Assembly (NCBI GenBank): GCA_943788985.1
Contig: CALSSJ010000002.1
Span: 81,001 to 145,000 of the forward strand
Direction: 5' to 3'
Origin: an uncultured Lentisphaerales bacterium
GTDB taxonomy: Bacteria > Verrucomicrobiota > Lentisphaeria > JABSQK01 > UBA12247
DNA length: 64,000 nt
The notes beneath the pieces are model-generated. The model saw only the letters and a list, made by a program, of their open reading frames with translations, was not told where the DNA came from and made no database searches. The position numbers and the translations under genes are program-made. Below are positions 60,875 to 64,000 of this stretch, piece by piece. How positions within the stretch are numbered: position 1 is the first letter of the stretch; each line of letters starts with the position of its first letter.

Positions 60875-62707
60875 ATATTTACCCATAATCGCCAGGAAAG
60901 ATCCCTCAACGGGACCTGGAAGTTTAACCCCGATCCCTACCAGCGCTGTCGGCAGCAGTCTTGGTGGAAGCAGGAGGGCCCGCCAGACCGCTTCTTCCCC
61001 TGCTTCAATATGGCAGGCATGTGGGACACGCAGGTTCCTTCCACTTGGAAAAAGGAATTCCCGCAGCTCGAATGGTACGATGGACATGCGAACTACGCAC
61101 TCGACTTCGAGCTGCCGGACATTCCACAAGACCACGAGGCCTTTCTCTGTTTTGACGCCGTCACCTATCGCTCCGAGGTCTACCTCAACGGCATGGCAGT
61201 CGGCAGCCACGAGTGGGGCTACTCTCCGTTTCAGTTTCGCGTCACCGAGTATCTGAATCGCAGCAACCGGCTCTGCGTACTGGTGGACAATATCATGCAG
61301 GAAGACCGTGTGCCGGGCATCCGCTGCGATTGGAACAACGACGGCGGCATCACCGGGGCCGTGAAACTCATTTTCGTGCCCCGCATTCACATCGAGAACT
61401 TCCGCACTGCGACCCGGCTGGAAGGTGACGATGCCGTGATTACTGTCACCACCTGGCTGCAGGCTCGGGACCAGACTGTGACCGAAGAGATCACCATTGC
61501 CATCGAAGAGCTGGGTCTGGAAACCACGGTCACCGCGACCGTAGGCGAACCCGCCAGCGTCGAGTTGCGAATTCCGCAAACAGACATTGAGTTGTGGTGC
61601 CCGGCCAATCCCAAGCTTTACCGCACGACGTTGCGCACGCGCCACGAGACGCTGGCAGACGAGATCGGCTATCGCGAAATCCGCACCGAAGGCCAGCGCA
61701 TTTTGCTCAATGGCGAAGAACTGCGTCTCTACGGCGTGGCCATCCATTCGGAGTTTCCAGACAGCGGCCGAGCCGCGACGGCCGAGGGCATCGACCGCCT
61801 CCTGGCCAAGGCCCGCGAATTGGGGGTAAACTTCCTGCGCTGCGCTCACTATCCGTATGCAGACATTTGGGCGCGCGCCATGGATCGTGCCGGCATGCTC
61901 TGGTGGGAAGAAGTGCCCGTCTACTGGCTGCCGCATGTCCACCAGGAGCCACAGCTTTCCCAGGCCCTCGGGATGATGCGCGAAACCATCGTTCGGGACT
62001 GGAACCGGGCCTCGCTGATCTTCTGGTCTGTCTCCAACGAATGCGCGGGTGACGGCAGCGGCTTCTGCAATTCCCTGGAGCAGGGCAACTACCCATACTG
62101 GGTCAAGACCTGCGCGCAGGTGCGTGAGCTCGACCCCAGTCGCCTGATCTCCTCCGCCGATGCCGGCCACCGCCGCACCCTCAGCAGCAACTGGTCTCCC
62201 GCCGCCGGCGACGCCTTCGACGAGCACACCCAGGACGAGCGCTTTCTCCCCGGCCACCCCGACGCGTTCTACGACCTGCTGGACGTGCTCGGTGCCAACC
62301 TCTATGTCTCGCATCCCGGCGCCAACCCCAGCACGACCGACCGCTTTGTCGACATGCTGCGCGGCTACAACAAACCGCTCATGCTCACCGAGTTTGGCTC
62401 GATGTCGACCACCGAAGAACCGGACATGCCAGCCAGCGAAGTTGGCCATCCAGAGCGCCACGCCCAGATCCTGCGTGAGGGCTATGCAACATTCCATCAC
62501 CATCCGGAGATCGTCGGCTACGTGCCCTGGGCCTTGATGGATGTACGCGTGCCGATGCACTGGCGTTGGTACAATCGCGGCAGCGGCACCTTTGCTTACG
62601 GCCTGACCGACAACCAGTTTCGCAACAAGGCTGTGTTCTCCGTCGTCCAGGAAGAGACCGCCCGCCTGCGCGAAACATGGGGCTGTGCCCAGGATGGGAG
62701 TACGTAA
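60875..62707 (+). CDS. Glycoside hydrolase family 2 (beta-glucuronidase/galactosidase-like)
   Basis: RCAHYP, WSVSNE (acid/base) and LTEFG (nucleophile) motifs; in-frame SLNGTWKF lies upstream of the first ATG (61010), so the start is uncertain. Confidence 0.88.
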   Translation: MFTHNRQERSLNGTWKFNPDPYQRCRQQSWWKQEGPPDRFFPCFNMAGMWDTQVPSTWKKEFPQLEWYDGHANYALDFELPDIPQDHEAFLCFDAVTYRSEVYLNGMAVGSHEWGYSPFQFRVTEYLNRSNRLCVLVDNIMQEDRVPGIRCDWNNDGGITGAVKLIFVPRIHIENFRTATRLEGDDAVITVTTWLQARDQTVTEEITIAIEELGLETTVTATVGEPASVELRIPQTDIELWCPANPKLYRTTLRTRHETLADEIGYREIRTEGQRILLNGEELRLYGVAIHSEFPDSGRAATAEGIDRLLAKARELGVNFLRCAHYPYADIWARAMDRAGMLWWEEVPVYWLPHVHQEPQLSQALGMMRETIVRDWNRASLIFWSVSNECAGDGSGFCNSLEQGNYPYWVKTCAQVRELDPSRLISSADAGHRRTLSSNWSPAAGDAFDEHTQDERFLPGHPDAFYDLLDVLGANLYVSHPGANPSTTDRFVDMLRGYNKPLMLTEFGSMSTTEEPDMPASEVGHPERHAQILREGYATFHHHPEIVGYVPWALMDVRVPMHWRWYNRGSGTFAYGLTDNQFRNKAVFSVVQEETARLRETWGCAQDGST

Positions 62708-62833
62708 TGCTGTTCGTAGTCAGGCACGGCAGTGCCGTTCTTCCGGCGTCTGTCCCCACACCACACCTCTCACGCGACTGCCGTCGCTCACTACAAACCT
62801 GAGTGTCTCTCGCCACCCACGAGAAAACGTAAA

Positions 62834-64000
62834 ATGAAGAACGTGAAAGCATGGATTGCGGTCCTCCTGGTAGCAGCAGTTGCCAGCTACATTGTCTTTG
62901 CGATGGCCATGACGCAGGAAGAGCTGAAGGCGTACAAACAAGACGCCACGCCAGTGGACTGGAATACGGTCTCCACCGATCCCGGCAAGGTGCTGAAGGT
63001 GCGGATGCTGATGGCGGTCAGCGGCGAGCCGGACTCGTGGATGGAGCGTTTCTTCGAGGAGCGGTTTAATCTGGAGATCGAACCGGTCTTCCTGGGGCCC
63101 GCGGCCTACCAATATGCCAAGCCGCTGATGATGGCAGGCGGAGATATCCCGGATCTCTTGCTGGAACCTGATCCGATCATGGTCCAGCGCGATGCCTATC
63201 ACGGCTTTCTGCTGACGATCCCGCCGGAAGTGATCCTGAAGCATGCGCCCAGCTATGCCAACGCGGTAAACGCAGACGATCCGATCGGTTGGCTGTACGG
63301 CAACTGGAATGGCGTAAACTACGGGATCCCCAGGATCTTTGCCGCATTACGCTGGTCGGTGCCGGGCGTCTGGCGCCAGGATTGGCTGCGCAAGGTGGGG
63401 ATTGAGAAAACGCCCGAGACACTCGAGGAGATGCACGAGGCGTTCAGGCGCTTCACCTTTGATGATCCCGATGGCAACGGCAAGCAGGATACCTAGGGCC
63501 TGAGCGGTGACGTGAACCACTGGTGGTGGGCCTCGTTCGCCGATATCTTCGGTGCCTATGGTGTGGTGCCGTACGATTGGATGGAGCGCGACGGAACCGC
63601 TGTCTGGGCCGGCACACTTCCGGAAACCAAGGAGGCACTGGCGCTGCTAAACGCCTGGTACCAGGAAGGCATCATTCACAAGGACTTTGTGACTGACAAG
63701 AGCCGCGAGACTCTGCACCGCAAGTTCTACAACGGCGTCATCGGCTACCTCTACTCCCAAGGCAAGCACCGCGATTTCGATCCAGACGCGGCCGGCTCGC
63801 TGGCCGCTCAGCTCCGAGGCCTCAATCCCGACGCGACAATCACGCCCGGGCGCTTCCCGATCGGGCCCGCTGGCAAGCGTGGCGGTCGGGTGTGGTCGGG
63901 TGGCCACACGATCAGCTTCGGCAGTCACATGGCTGAGCGTCCCGAGGTCGTGATTCGCATCCTCCAGGCCTTGGAGGCAATGGTCACCGACGAGCAGCTC
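62834..64000 (+). pseudogene. Carbohydrate ABC transporter solute-binding protein interrupted by one TAG; runs off the right edge
   Basis: WRQDWLRKVG..TPETLEE..DPDGNGKQDT*GLSG; the frame stays open from 63497 to the end of the window. Confidence 0.8.

Noticed and set aside
60782..62560. 592-aa minus-strand ORF
   Set aside because: Antisense shadow of the GH2 gene.
23604..63496. Amber (TAG) recoding or pyrrolysine suggested by several in-frame TAGs (23604, 44745, 54740, 55056, 63494)
   Set aside because: Intact genes such as the sulfatase, gcvT, exbD and lpxA end in TAG at their expected C-termini. Most interrupted genes also carry frameshifts or TAA stops, and no pyl genes are visible.

Overview
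GC-rich bacterial chromosomal segment, most likely PVC superphylum (Lentisphaerota-like). This is inferred from a prepilin/H-X9-DG-type protein, a Cys-type sulfatase, many TPR proteins and DUF4159/DUF58 genes. It is mostly housekeeping genes (hpt, pgi, trpS, gcvT-like, moaA, thrC, iscA/nfu, hflX, rsmD, trkAH, lpxC-fabZ-lpxA, gltD, M18 peptidase, hisI, tRNA-Leu-CAG) mixed with decayed accessory DNA: DegT and sugar-transferase remnants, two exosortase remnants, an AraC pseudogene, a broken antitoxin beside an intact MazF, and a RAYT-type HUH transposase. Most notable: (1) a 15-bp pseudo-palindrome TTGCGGAGTYCGCAA recurs more than 20 times, in different reading frames and in pseudogene DNA, mainly between 10 and 46 kb, and is a candidate parS/matS-like site cluster; (2) a TPR-ExbB-ExbD operon has no TonB, while a nearby giant vWA / TM(SxxxH) / 67-aa-repeat / DUF4159 protein looks like a non-canonical energy transducer; (3) a bacterial Cdc123-like ATP-grasp gene lies upstream of hflX; (4) FabZ is a tandem double-hotdog protein. 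All calls come from motif recognition by eye; no database searches were run.
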